64,000 nucleotides of DNA from Octopus vulgaris (taxonomy: Eukaryota), in contig OX597816.1 of the NCBI GenBank assembly GCA_951406725.2, forward strand, positions 133,982,001 through 134,046,000. The letters are read 5' to 3'. The notes below the pieces were generated by a model. The model made no database searches. It saw only the letters and a program-made list of their open reading frames with translations, and was not told the origin of the DNA. The position numbers and the translations under genes are program-made. This document shows positions 37,230-50,755 of the stretch, piece after piece. Every line of letters begins with the position of its first letter. The first letter of the stretch is position 1.

Positions 37230-38200
37230 TCATTCTGGAATATTTGTCTCACAAATTATCTCCAAGAATTACATCTCCATTACATAGATGTGCCCTAATT
37301 TGACCTTTTTTTATAGAATCAGCAAGTGATCAGTGTGAAAGTATTTCCTAACGCCACAGAGGAATCCTAGTATTTGTGATGCAATATTGTATACCTTGCA
37401 GGAGTGGAATATTAGAGATAATCAAAGATGTCCAGCATAGAATTTGAAGCAATTTTGAGAGCTTGAGTTATTCATGAGCAGAATGAATGTGGTACAACAT
37501 TTTTGTCTGGGTAGAGTAGCATTTGAGTGTTTGTACTATTGAAAGAGATAAAGGTGTCATGACTTTGTTATCTGCTGTGAAGATTTTTGTTTCTAGACTC
37601 AGTCTGTCTGAGATAATGTGTAGTTGTATGTGTTGATGACGCCTGCATACAGATGATTGTAGAAATGAAGTACAGAGAACTGTGTGTTTAGACTATAATG
37701 ACGTAGACATCTAGATGGTTTATGCAGAACATAGTATTGGGGCATTGTTGTTGTTCTTTATACTTCTCTATGAATATACCCATGGTAAAAAGATAACTGC
37801 AACAGAAAATTTCTATAGGTATGACAGTGACATACCTTCTTGGTATATACCCTGTTTAATAGATTTCTGTTAACTTATTTCAGAACAGTGGTATGGCTTC
37901 TTTTCTGTATGAATTATCACTGTTTCCCCTCATCATTTATGCCTATTTTTTTCCATGCTAGTATAAGTCGTAAAGATTTACTGGGGCAGGAATTTTTATG
38001 GCCGAACAACCTTCCTGTTGCCAACCCTCGTTTGATTCTAATTAAGATATTATTTACCCATGCCTTTCAAATTGCAAGCTGTTCACCACATACTATTCCT
38101 CTTCATCTTTTGAATTGCTAGACATCTCTTTGCAGCAGGTGTAAACAAAGACATTGTCTCTATAGAGATATTGCATATGCAGTGTGTAGATGGCTAGACA
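37230..38200. repeat. ~1 kb direct segmental duplicate of 41820-42785 (contains an old LINE RT remnant on minus)
   Basis: Collinear similarity from tcattctggaatatttgtct to gcagtgtgtagatgg. Confidence 0.88.
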
Positions 38201-38471
38201 AAATTTGTAGCTAAATATTAACTAAAATATTTTAATATCAGGGCCATACCCAACTTGTAATACAAACCAACCATCTCCAATCTCTTGTTAATAATTGGAG
38301 GTATAAGTTTATTAGGAAATACAGCAAGCATACTATATGTGTGTGTGTGTGTATTTAGAGAATGTTAGTTATAGCTACTGGCCATTAGGGTCTGACAAGA
38401 TGTGTGTAAAGCTAAGCGCTTTATAGATGTGAAACCCTGGGTAACCCTATGAACTGGTCATAACTAACATT

Positions 38472-40453
38472 CATCATCATCATCATCATCATCGTTTAAC
38501 GTCCGTTTTCCATGCTAGCACGGGTTGGACGGTTCGACCAGGGTCTGGGAAGCCAGGGGCTGCACCAGGCTCCAGTCTGATCTGGCAGAGTTTCTACAGC
38601 TGGATGCCCTTCCTAACGCCAACCACTCCGCGAGTGTAGTGGGTGCTTTTTACGTGCCACCTGCACAGGTGCCAGGGGGGTCCGGCATCGGCCACGATCG
38701 GTTGGAGCTTTTAACGTGCCACCGGCACGGAAGCCAGCCAAGGCGGCGCTGGCATCGGCCACGTTCGGATGGTGCTTTTTATGTGCTACCGGCACAGAAG
38801 CCAGTCGAGGCGGCGCTGGCAACGGCCACGTACGGATGGTGCTTTTTATGTGCCACCGGCACAGGTATCACAACTACTATTTCCATTGATATTTATTTCG
38901 ATGTTCATGTTCATGTACTTGACTCAACAGGTCTCCTCAAGCACAGCGGGACGTTCTGGGATCCAGGGTACTTTGAATGGGCAGGGGGCTATGCGGAACT
39001 GGTGCAGGAAGCAGCCCGGGTCTTTGCAGTTACAGCATATCTCCAGAGATCTCTGTCCTTTGCTATTGCCTCAGTGAGGCCCAACGCTCTGAGGTCATGC
39101 TTGACTACCTCATCCCATGTCTTCCTGGGTCTACCTCTCCCCCTGATACCTTCAACTGTTTGGGAGTGGCACTTCTTCACACATCTCTTCTCATCCATCC
39201 GCAGTACATGACCATACCATCGCAAGCGTCGCTCTTGCACACCACATCTGATGCTTCTTATGTCCAGCATTTCTCTCAGGGTGCTTACACTCTGTCGTGC
39301 GTGCACACTGACATTACACATCCAGCGGATCATGCTAGCTTCCTTTCTTTCAAGTCTATGCATGTCCTCTGCAGTCATAGCCCATGTTTCACTACCGTGA
39401 AGCATGGCAGTTCGCACACATGCATCATACAATCTACCTTTCACTCTGAGCGAGAGACCCTTTGTCGCCAGCAGGGGTAGAAGCTTTCTGAACTTTGCCC
39501 AGGCTATTCGTATTCTAGTGGTGATACTCTCTGAGCATCCACCTCCACTACTAACTTGGTCACCCAGGTAGCGGAAACTACTTCTAGTTTCTCCCCCTGG
39601 AGTCTGATGGAATCTGTTTTCTGAGTGTCTGTGGTGTCTATTGTCCCTGTGCATCTGCCGCACATGAAAGCTGTCTTATCAGTTAATTTCCCTTTGATGT
39701 TGCTGCACCTCTTATGCGTCCATAGCTTACATTGGGTGCATCTTATGGAGTTTCTACCTACACCTTTCCTACAGATCGAGCAGGGCCACCTGCCCGAAGG
39801 TGTGTGTGCTGAGTTCGCCTTTCTGCTTACTATAACTTTGCTCTTTGCTTCATTTACTCTAAGGCCCTTTGATTCTAACCTTTGCTTCCATACCCGAAAT
39901 TTCTTTTCTAGTTCCGGTAGTGATTCTGCTATGAGAGCCAGGTCATCAGCATAGAGGAGCTCCCAGGGGCATCCTGTTTTGAATTCCTCTGTTATTGCCT
40001 GGAGGACTATGATAAATAAAAGGGGACTGAGGGCTGAGCCTTGGTGCACACCTACTTCTACCCGGAATTCTTCACTATATTCGTTGCCAATCCTAACCTT
40101 GCTGACAGCCTCTCTGTATAGAGCCTGTACAGCCCCCTTATTAGCCATTCGTCAATCTCCAGTTTCCGCATCGACCACCAGATAAGGGATCGGGGAACCC
40201 TGTCAAAGGCTTTCTCCAAGTCCACAAAAGCTATGTAGAGGGGTTTATCTTTAGCTAGGTACTTCTCCTGCAGTTGTCGGACCAGGAATATAGCATCAGT
40301 GGTGCTTCTACCCGGCACAAAACTGAACTGCATCTCATCTAAGCAAATTCTCTCCCTAATGAGATGGGTTATGACCCTCTCTGTGACCTTCATCACCTGA
40401 TCCAACAGTTTAATACTCCTGTAGTTATTTCTATCTAGAGCATCACCCTTACC
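38472..40453 (-). mobile_element. RTE-clade LINE (RT with PHD insertion, frameshifted), cut by the assembly gap
   Basis: NYRSIKLL, AFVDLEKAFDRV, GVHQGSALSPLLF, LLYADD, RYLG and GRGRPRKTW motifs; 3' UTR with (GAT)n tail. Confidence 0.92.
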
Positions 40454-40553
40454 NNNNNNNNNNNNNNNNNNNNNNNNNNNNNNNNNNNNNNNNNNNNNNN
40501 NNNNNNNNNNNNNNNNNNNNNNNNNNNNNNNNNNNNNNNNNNNNNNNNNNNNN
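40454..40553. other. assembly gap (100 N)
   Basis: N run. Confidence 0.99.
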
Positions 40554-41819
40554 TATGTATATGAGTAGCCACATGTTACAGACACACACATTTACACATG
40601 CACTAGTCAAAGTCACTAGCCCCTATTCACACACACACACACATTCACACACCATTCTCACATACACACACACACATGCACACCTTCATGTGGGATCACC
40701 ATCACTTTATTATCTCCCTTTCTTCCAATCTCGTTGCCATGCTTGACCACTAAATTTACAGGTTTTTTCATTCTCTCTCTGTTTATTTTCTCTTATTCCT
40801 TTCATTTTCCTGAGCATCAAACTAATACACCTGCTTGTTGTTCATACACCTGTCTTCGTTTTTTGTGTTTCTATAAATTTCAACTATATATATGTAAATA
40901 TATAGTATACTTGCTGCATTTCCTTATAAACTTATTCCCCTAATTATTAACAAGAGATTGGATATGTTTGGTTGGTATCACAAGTTGGGTATGACCCTGT
41001 TATTAAAATATTTTAGTTAACATTTAGCTAATAATTTTTTCAAACATTTTATTTTATTGTTTTATGATTATTTTTTTAAAATCACTATTTTTATCAATGG
41101 TGACAATGTTGCTGAGCTTGAACACATTAAATAAACTATTTATGAAATAACAGTATAATGATGTTACCACTGATTATGAGAATAAATTTCTGTTATCTGC
41201 ATACAATGTCAAATAATCAATATTATCTCTTCTCCCTTCAGGAAATTTGTTACACAGAATATATAAGGAATATTCTGAAAAACTATTTTTATTAAAAATC
41301 TCAGTGTTAAGTTATATATTGGTTGTTTTTTGCTTGAGTTAGTGAAAGGAGGAGGTGGAGGAGGAGGAGAAGGAGGGATGGCCATGAATTTTGCAAGACT
41401 TCTCAGACTAGGAAGATTAGTGTGGTTGATATTGATTTTGAAGATCTGTAACAAAAACATGGGCAGAAAAAAGAATTTTACAAGACAGCTGTGGTAGAGA
41501 GGAAGGACTGAATAAAGTGCTTAGTTTTTTACCCCAAGAGAGACAGGAAGAAGAGAATGAAATAGATGGGACCTAGTATGTAGCAAGCTAATTCACAGAA
41601 ATATAGAGGCTATTACAGCAGTGATAAAAGAGTGTGCTTTTGAGCAAGTGGCTGAAGTTTATTTGTCATTGAATATTTGGTTTATGAGACATTTTGGCTC
41701 AATCATTTAGGCATAACTGATTTGATGCATATTTGCCTCCAGTGCCATATTTGCCTCCAGTTTGAATGTCCAATCAGCCATGCCAAATCATTAGCATTCA
41801 AACAGTTGCACCCAATTGT

Positions 41820-42785
41820 CTCATTCTGGAATATTTGTCTGACATATTGTCTTCAAGGATTACATCTCCATTACATAGATGTGTTCTTGTTTGAGCTTTT
41901 TTATAGAGTTAGCAAGTGATCAGTGTGGAAGTTTTTCCTGACCCCACAGATGAATCCTAGTATTTGTGATGCAATGTTGTATACCTTGCAGGAGTGGAAT
42001 ATTAGAGATAATCAAAGATTTCCAGCATAGAATTTTGAGAGTTTGAGTTATTCATGAGTAGAATGAATGTGGTACATTTTTGTCTGGGTAGTGTAGCTTT
42101 TGAGCGTTTGCACTATTGAAAGAGATAAAGGTGTCATAACTTTGTTTATCTGCTGTGAAGATAATATGTGTAGTTGCAATTTGATGACTCCTGCATACAG
42201 ATAATTGTAGAAATGAAGAGAAGTACAGAGAACTGTGTGTTTAGAATATAATAATGTAGATACCTGGATGGTTTACACAGAACATAGTACTGGAGCATTG
42301 GTGTTGTTTCTTTTTTATATATACTTTTCTATGGATATACCCATGGTAAAAATATAACTGCAACATAATGTTTCTATAGGTATGACAGTGACATACCTTC
42401 TTGGAATACACCTTGTTTAATAGATTTCTGTTTATTATTTCAGAACATTGAAGGTACAATTCACTATACCACAGTGGTATGGCTTCTTTCCTGTATGAAT
42501 TATGACTGTTTCTCTCATCGTTGTTTTATGCCAATTTTTTGCATGCTGGCTTAAGTCATAAAGACTTACTGGGGCAGGAATTTTTATGGCTGAACAACTT
42601 TCCTGTTGCCAACCTTTGTTTGATTCCAGTTAAGATATTTTTTACCCATGCCTTTCAAATTGCAAGCTGTTCACCACATACTATTCCTCTTCGTCTTATG
42701 AATTGCAAGACATTTCTTTGCAGCAGGTGTAAAGATATTGTCTCAATAGTGATATTGCATATGCAGTGTGTAGATGGCCAGACAT
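41820..42785. repeat. second copy of the ~1 kb duplication
   Basis: See 37230-38200. Confidence 0.88.
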
Positions 42786-43407
42786 GTTTTCATAGCAGTA
42801 GTAAACTATGACATTATCTTCATGGTGACACAACCTACAGAGAGTGCAAACAATCTTAAGTCAATGGAAAAACACACACACACACACATTGAAAAATGTG
42901 GTATAGAGGGGTGACAAAAAATGACAAGAAAAACTAAATAAAAAATAACACATACAAACATAAACATGCTTCACTTCTCATCAGCTTCCAATCAATTATC
43001 AACCATTTTGACACTTTTTGGACAATATTGTTCAATTTGGTGGTATCAGCACCATGGAAACTGTTGGGACATAGATGAGCAAACACAAAAACCAAACAGA
43101 GACAAAAAATTTTACCATGCAGCTATTCTTGTACCTAAGTCTTTTTGGGTATATAATGGTGCATATAGAACCATCTATAGTGTACACAATTAAAATTCCT
43201 CTTTGACAATATTGCATTTAGTAGAGATAGTTATTACTGAAAAAGAGATAATTAGTTTTACAACACTATTACAGCATTCATCTGAAAAAATAATAAAATT
43301 TCTAAAGAGGTAACTGTTAACAGAAGCAAGATGGTAATATAATTCTATTAAACAAAAGTGGATTTAATTTAAATGATGTTAGTTAAATACTTTCAAACAC
43401 AAATAGA

Positions 43408-43962
43408 TGCAGGCATGGTTGTGTGTTAAGAAGTTTGCTTTCCAACCACATAGTTTTAGGTTCAGTCTCACTATGTGACACCTTGAGTAAGTGTCTTCCA
43501 CAATAACCCTGGGCTAACCAAATTCTTGTGAATGGATTTGGTAAACAGAAAGAAGCTCATAGGCGCAGGAGTGGCTGTGTGGTAAGTAGCTTGCTAACCA
43601 ACCACATGGTTCCGGGTTCAGTCCCACTGCGTGGCATCTTGGGTAAGTGTCTTCTGCTATAGCCTCGGGCCGACCAATGCCTTGTGAGTGGATTTGGTAG
43701 ATGGAAACTGAAAGAAGCCTGTCGTATATATGTATATATATGTGTGTGTATGTTTGTGTGTCTGTGTTTGTCCCCCTAGCATTGCTTGACAACCGATGCT
43801 GGTGTGTTTATGTCCCCGTTACTTAGCGGTTCGGCAAAAGAGACCGATAGAATAAGTACTAGGCTTACAAAGAATAAGTCCCAGGGTCGATTTGCTCGAC
43901 TAAAGGTGGTGCTCCAGCATGGCCGCAGTCAAATGACTGAAACAAGTAAAAGAGTAAAGAGT
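43408..43962 (+). mobile_element. two adjacent/nested SINE family A copies (older head 43408-43560, young copy 43561-43962)
   Basis: Two successive tRNA-like heads; the second retains its CpGs. Confidence 0.8.
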
Positions 43963-44829
43963 CATTGTATATATATATGTGTGTGTGTATGTTTGTGTCT
44001 CCTTAACTTTACATCACATGATTGTCGTAAAACAACAGCCACTCTCATAAAAGCAGTGTCATTCCTTTCCAGTATTTTGCAAGAACATGTTTGGCCATGG
44101 GGAAAATATTACTTCACTTGGAAACACTTGAGTTTGTTGACAAGAAAGATATCAAGGTGTAGAAAATCTGCCTCGATAAACTCTGTCCGACTCAAGCAAG
44201 CTTCCTTGTTGTTAGGAAGGGCATCCAGCCGTAAAAATCCTACCGAAACAGACACAGTAGCCTGGGGTAGACTTCTACCTGGCCAGCTCCTGTCAACAGT
44301 CCTACCCATGCATGCATGGAAGACAGACATTAAACGACGACGATGATGATGATGATGATGATTCATGTCTTTATTGAAAATATTCACATGTAAACCAAAG
44401 AGTGGTGAGGTTAGATCTCAGGGTTCCAGGCTTCGCTGTTGAAGTGGCATCGATCGAGACAATATGAAGATATGCTTTATTGTAGACCTTTCTATCTTGT
44501 ACAAATAAAAGTTGAAGATTATATCAATACATGCAATTTTACATACAGCTTAACCATCATATGATTGATTCATGTTATAAATGAAATGACAAAATTATAT
44601 AGATCTTTCCAACAACCCAATCCTTTTCATAATAAGAGATATATATTACATTTCATGCTAGAATAAACATAAGATATATGAAAGAATACATACAAAATTT
44701 AGAATACATACACAAGATATTATACATATATCATATTATGATGTGATGAAATATTTTCTGTTATGATTTGTGTATTTTATTCAAAGCAGAATAAATATAC
44801 AGCAATGTAATCTCTGATTTAGAACAAAT

Positions 44830-45699
<870 letters not shown>

Positions 45700-46557
45700 T
45701 TAATATCTCATCATGAAATTCAATCCTCTTAAAATGTGCTTATATTTAATTTGGTTCTCACATAGTTTCCTATTATCTTTTATCACCACAATATATAGAT
45801 AAACATATTTTTCTTGTTTTCTATTTGATTCCTAATAAACAATTCATCATTAACATACCCATTAACATAGCCATCATCAGTGAGCTTCTTCAGTATTAAA
45901 AGATACTGCAAACAGTAATATACAAGAGAATTTATTAGGAGTTAATCATTTTTCAGAGATAATTATTTCAAGATGGTTTATTATGATAGAACCTTGTTTG
46001 TAACGAGGAAAAAAACCCTTTTAACTATACATTTCTACAAATGAAATTGCTTGAATCAAAACCAGTTGTCTTCTTGGTAGATTTGTACATGTTTAACTAG
46101 AATGCAAAGCCATCTTCTTCAGATACCAGACAGTGAAGTTGAGAAGTGTTGCTATTCATTTCAGTTCATAGGAAGTGTTTCATGATAATTCATCCATAGA
46201 TTTATATAAATAGGATGAACATAGTATTTAAAAAGACAATAAATACTGATGAAGAAAAGAATTATTTAAATGCTGATGTCATCTGATAATTTGAAATAAT
46301 AAATAAGTAAATAGTATGAGATAGAGCAATAAAGCATGGAAAAGTAGACACTAAAACTATCATGATGACACACAGATGTATAATATATTATGACACATAA
46401 TATAAAAAAGCAATTAATACTGAGATTTTTCACTGTCATTATTCTGAGTTTTACATTACTGGCTTCTGATATAACTAAGGGTTTTGTTATTAAAAAAAAA
46501 TGCACTACATGAAACATTGTGCAATGATAGAGTAAAATCATTTACATTATTTATATT

Positions 46558-46794
46558 ATTTACATTCGACAGATATTTGTCCTCTTTGTTTGTTGTTAAC
46601 ACAACATTTTGGCTGATATACCCTCCAGCCTTCTTCAGGTGTCTTGGGGAAATTTCAAACCTGGGTTCTCATTCCCAAGGTATTTTTCGATGTTATTATT
46701 ATTATTATTATTGTTATTGTTCAGATCACTGCTTGGAATCGAACTCGGAATCTTGGGGTTAGCAGCCTGCACTCTTAACCACTATGCCATATGC
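46558..46794 (-). mobile_element. tRNA-headed SINE with hammerhead-like 3' domain
   Basis: Box A TGGCATAGTGG, GCT anticodon-like loop, box B GAGTTCGATTCC, (AAT)n linker, then CTGAAGA-stem II-AAAATGTT core. Confidence 0.6.
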
Positions 46795-47559
46795 TTAATC
46801 ATCGTTGTCATCATTGTTGTCATCCTACACATTGTTGTCGTTGTCATCATCATGATCATGTGAGGAGGCATGGCTCATGGCTGGGGTGCTGCACTCAATT
46901 TTGAGAATGGGTGGTGTGTTGTGTTCTTGAGTGAAACACTTCATCTCATGTTGATCTGTGATCATTTTGTGATCATTTTGACACCTGGTGCATAGTTCAT
47001 CGTGCACCTGTTCAGGTAACATTAATTTGATGGAAGGAGTGAGCTAATGTATGACACATACATTTGATCACTATAAATATATCATCTGTACAGGTCGTTT
47101 GTCAAAAGCTGAATGCTCACATGTCGTCTTCGACAGGAGAGTCCATCCTTATTATTAAGGCAGTGAGCTGACAGAATCATAAGCACATCAGGCAAAATGC
47201 TTAACAGCATTTCATGTATCTTTATGTCCTCAGTTCAAATTCCTTGAGGTCAACTTTGCCTTTCATCCTTTAGGGGGTCAATAAAATAAGTACCAGTTGA
47301 AAACTGAAGTTAATATAATTGACTTATCCCCTCCCCCAAAGTTGCTAGCCTTGAGCTAAAATTTGAAATCATCATAATTATGCTTTTTAACTCAGATTCT
47401 GTTCAAATCCCTGGAGTCTTGCATGGATTGCAAGACAGTGTGTGAGAGAAAACTGTGATGTCGTAGGAGAGAAATGTGTCCGCATGAATGATGAATCCCC
47501 TTGCGTTTAATGATTTTGCAAAGACAGAGGCTTGGAGATGCCATTATGAAATACTGCTG

Positions 47560-49071
47560 AATGTGGAGAATGAATGAGAAGAGGACAGTCTGCCAAATGT
47601 TGACCCAATTGAGGGACCAGCTGCCCAGATTGACAGTATCCTGGTACATAAAGCAATTAATGATATGAAGACAGGGAAAGCAACTTTAGGGTGTGGAAGC
47701 AAGGTCTAGAATCGAAGGGCCTTAGAGTTAACTTAGCAAAAACCAAAGTCTTAGTAAGTAGGAAGGTTGACAATCACAAACTCGTTCAGGTGGATGGCCC
47801 GACTCGATCTGTAGAAAAGGTGTGGGTGGAAACTTCATACTATGTACCCGGTGTAAGCTATAGACATATAAAAGGTGCAGTGATATTAATGGAAGGTTAA
47901 CCGAGAAGACAGTTTTTGTGTGTGGCAGATGCACAGGGGCAATAAACACTGAAGATGTATAGAAAACAGATTCCATCACATGCCAGGGGGAAAACTAGAA
48001 GTAGTTGATAGCTTCTGCTACCTAGGCAACCAAGTCTGTAGTAGGGATGGTTGCTCTGAGTGTGTAGCAGCTAGAATATGAATAACCTGGGCAAAGTTCA
48101 GGAAGCTCCTAACCTCTGCTAGCAAGTAAGAGCCTCTCTCTCAGGATGAAAGGCAGACAGTATGATGCATATATGCGAACTGCCATGCTATACAGCAGTA
48201 AAACATGGACCATGACTGCTGGGGACATGCATAGGCTTGAAAGAAATGAAGCTAGTATGATTCACTGGATGTCAGTGTGCATACATGACAGTGTGAGCGC
48301 CCTGAGAGATAAGTTAGACATAAGAAGCATCAAATGTGGTGTGCAAGAAAGACAACTGCACTGGTATGGTTATGTATTATGCATGGATGGGGACAGCTGT
48401 GTGAAGAAGTGTCACATCCTAACTGTGGAAGGAACCTGTGGAAGAAGTAGACCCAAGAAGAGACGGGATGAGGTGGTGAGGTCTGACCTTTGAATATTGG
48501 GCCTCATAGAGGCAATGATAGAAGGTCGAGACCTTTGGAGATATGCTGTGATTCAGAAGACCCAGCAACCAAAGTGAGATCGTAGCCATGGCTAATGCCA
48601 GTGTTTCATGTCTGGCCGATTTAGAAGTACCCTGAAGACCTGTTGAGTCAAGTAACACCAAAATTGTAGCTGTGGCCAGTACTCCCTGACTGGCTCCCAT
48701 GCCGGTGGCACATAAAATGCATCATCGGAAAGTGGTCGATGGCAGGTCCACCTGACTGGCTCCCGTGCTGGTGGCATCGAAATGTGGCCGATGCCAGTGC
48801 CCCTTGACTGTCTCCTATGCCGGCAGCATGTAAAAAGCATTATCTGAATGTGGCCAATGCCAGTGCCCACTGACTGGCTCCCATGTCGGTGGCATTTAAA
48901 AATCACCCACTACACTCTCAGAGTGGTTGGCATTAGGAAGGGCATCCAGCTGTTGAAACATTGCCAGATCAGATTGAAGCCTGGTGCAGCTGCTGGCTTT
49001 CCAGACCTCAGTCAAACCGTCCAACCCATGCCAGCATGGAAAACAGATGTTAAACGATTATGATGATGATG
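47560..49071 (+). mobile_element. degraded RTE LINE copy (same family as 38472-40453)
   Basis: WKQGLESKGLRVN, PHD remnant, RWYG-type C-terminus, repeated 3' UTR and (GAT)n tail. Confidence 0.85.
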
Positions 49072-49084
49072 ATATATATACGTG

Positions 49085-49667
49085 TGTGTGTCACACTCTA
49101 ACAGTGGAGGGAACTTGTGGAAGAGATAGACCCAGGAATTCCTGGGATGAGGTGGTGAAGCACAACCTTCAAATGTTGGGCCTCACAGAAGCAATGACAA
49201 GCGACCGAGACCTTTGGAGATATGCTGTGCTTGAGAAGACTCAGCAAGCCAAGTGAGATAGTAGCTGTGGCCTATGCCAGTGTCGCATAACTGGCCCATT
49301 TAAGAGTATCCTTCAATTGTCAGGCTGTGCTTGAAGACCTGTTGAGTCAAATGAAATCGTTGTCATGGCTGATGCTAGTACAGCCTGACTGGCATCCGTG
49401 CCGGTGGCATGTAAAAAGCACCATTTGAGTGTGGTTGATGCCAGTGCTGCCTGACTAGCTCCCATGCTGGTGGCATGTAAAAAGCACCCACTATACTCTT
49501 GGAGTGGTTGGCATTAGGAAGGGCATCCAGCTCTAGAAACCTTACCAGATTAGACTGGAGCCTAGTGCAGCTTCCTGGCTAGCTAGTCCTCAGTCAAACT
49601 GTCCAACCCATGCCAGTATGGAAAGCAGACGTTAAACAATGATGATGATGATGATGACAATGATGAT
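49085..49667 (+). mobile_element. second RTE 3' end in tandem
   Basis: CHTLTVEGTCGRDRPRNSWDEVV..DRDLWR followed by 3' UTR and tail. Confidence 0.8.
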
Positions 49668-50755
49668 ATATATATCCAAGAAGGAATAGTGGCTGACTGG
49701 TTTTCAGGCTGTCACTATCTATTTTTCTCTCAGGTATATTGTTCTTTAGCAGTGGAGCTTTAATGCTTCATTTTCCTCTTTGAGTATAGCAGGGAGTAAT
49801 TTGAGAGAGATTTGGCTGTAATTACATGCAGGTTAAACTGTTGCATAGAGGCTTTTTTGTTAGTTTTGGTTCCTTCATTATGTTCCAGTCCCTCCACAGC
49901 AAATTACAAGGAACAAAAAAAGAGCTTGTTTTGTATCATCCCCAGCTACAAATGCACAACACCAACAGACCACTTACACAATGAAACAGTAGCATTCAAA
50001 ATTATAGATTACCTGGACATATGGGGGACATAATTTGCTGTTGTAACAAGCTCCAACCCTCACAGTCTCTGCAACTACATGTACAATTATGCAGTCAGAT
50101 CTACACAGAATACTATTGCAATGTCACCCTGAACCCCACTGCCACTACCATATTTTGATAAACATAAACACAAAGAAATATTTGCAACATCTATTAGCTC
50201 ATGTACTCCTAAAAAATGCATGTTAAATCGATATAAAAGAATTATCAATAGAAAATCAATATTATTAAAAAAGATATTTTTTCTAAAAAAACCCCAAATA
50301 TTTCAAATATAGTACAAAACATATGCAATCAACTCAGATCCTATAATTATCAAGAAAAATTATGAACATCATAATGTTTATAATGGACTTAATATAATAT
50401 ATACGTGCACATATAAATTATATTAAGTCTATTGACGATGATGATATGCATGAGATAAAGGTATCTGAAAACAAGCAAAATGCTGAGCTCTCACATTGCA
50501 CTCCCTACATTTATACAATATTCATAATAAAGTACTATTCTTATCAAGGAAATGATCATGTAACTAGCTCTCTTTAGCCTTGAACAATGCACATCCAAGA
50601 TCTCCAAAGTTGTTACAAATGCTAGACCTCAGTCTCTAATGATCTTTCTAATCCCATATGCATAACATATGTAAAACTGCATCCCAAAGCTTGTTTTCTC
50701 CTTCAGAGGCTCACTAGAAACATCTCTCTTCATTGCTTTATACTCACTGTATGTA

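Noticed and set aside
38640-38865. RTE UTR repeats as a CRISPR array or pistol ribozymes
   Set aside because: Eukaryotic context and the spacers are homologous to one another; the 3-nt hairpin loop cannot form the pistol pseudoknot.
38525-39480. 228-aa and 167-aa plus-strand ORFs
   Set aside because: Antisense to the RTE ORF end and its repetitive 3' UTR.
46725-46792. Functional tRNA-Ser(GCT) gene
   Set aside because: Acceptor and anticodon stems pair poorly and there is no long variable arm; it behaves as a SINE head.
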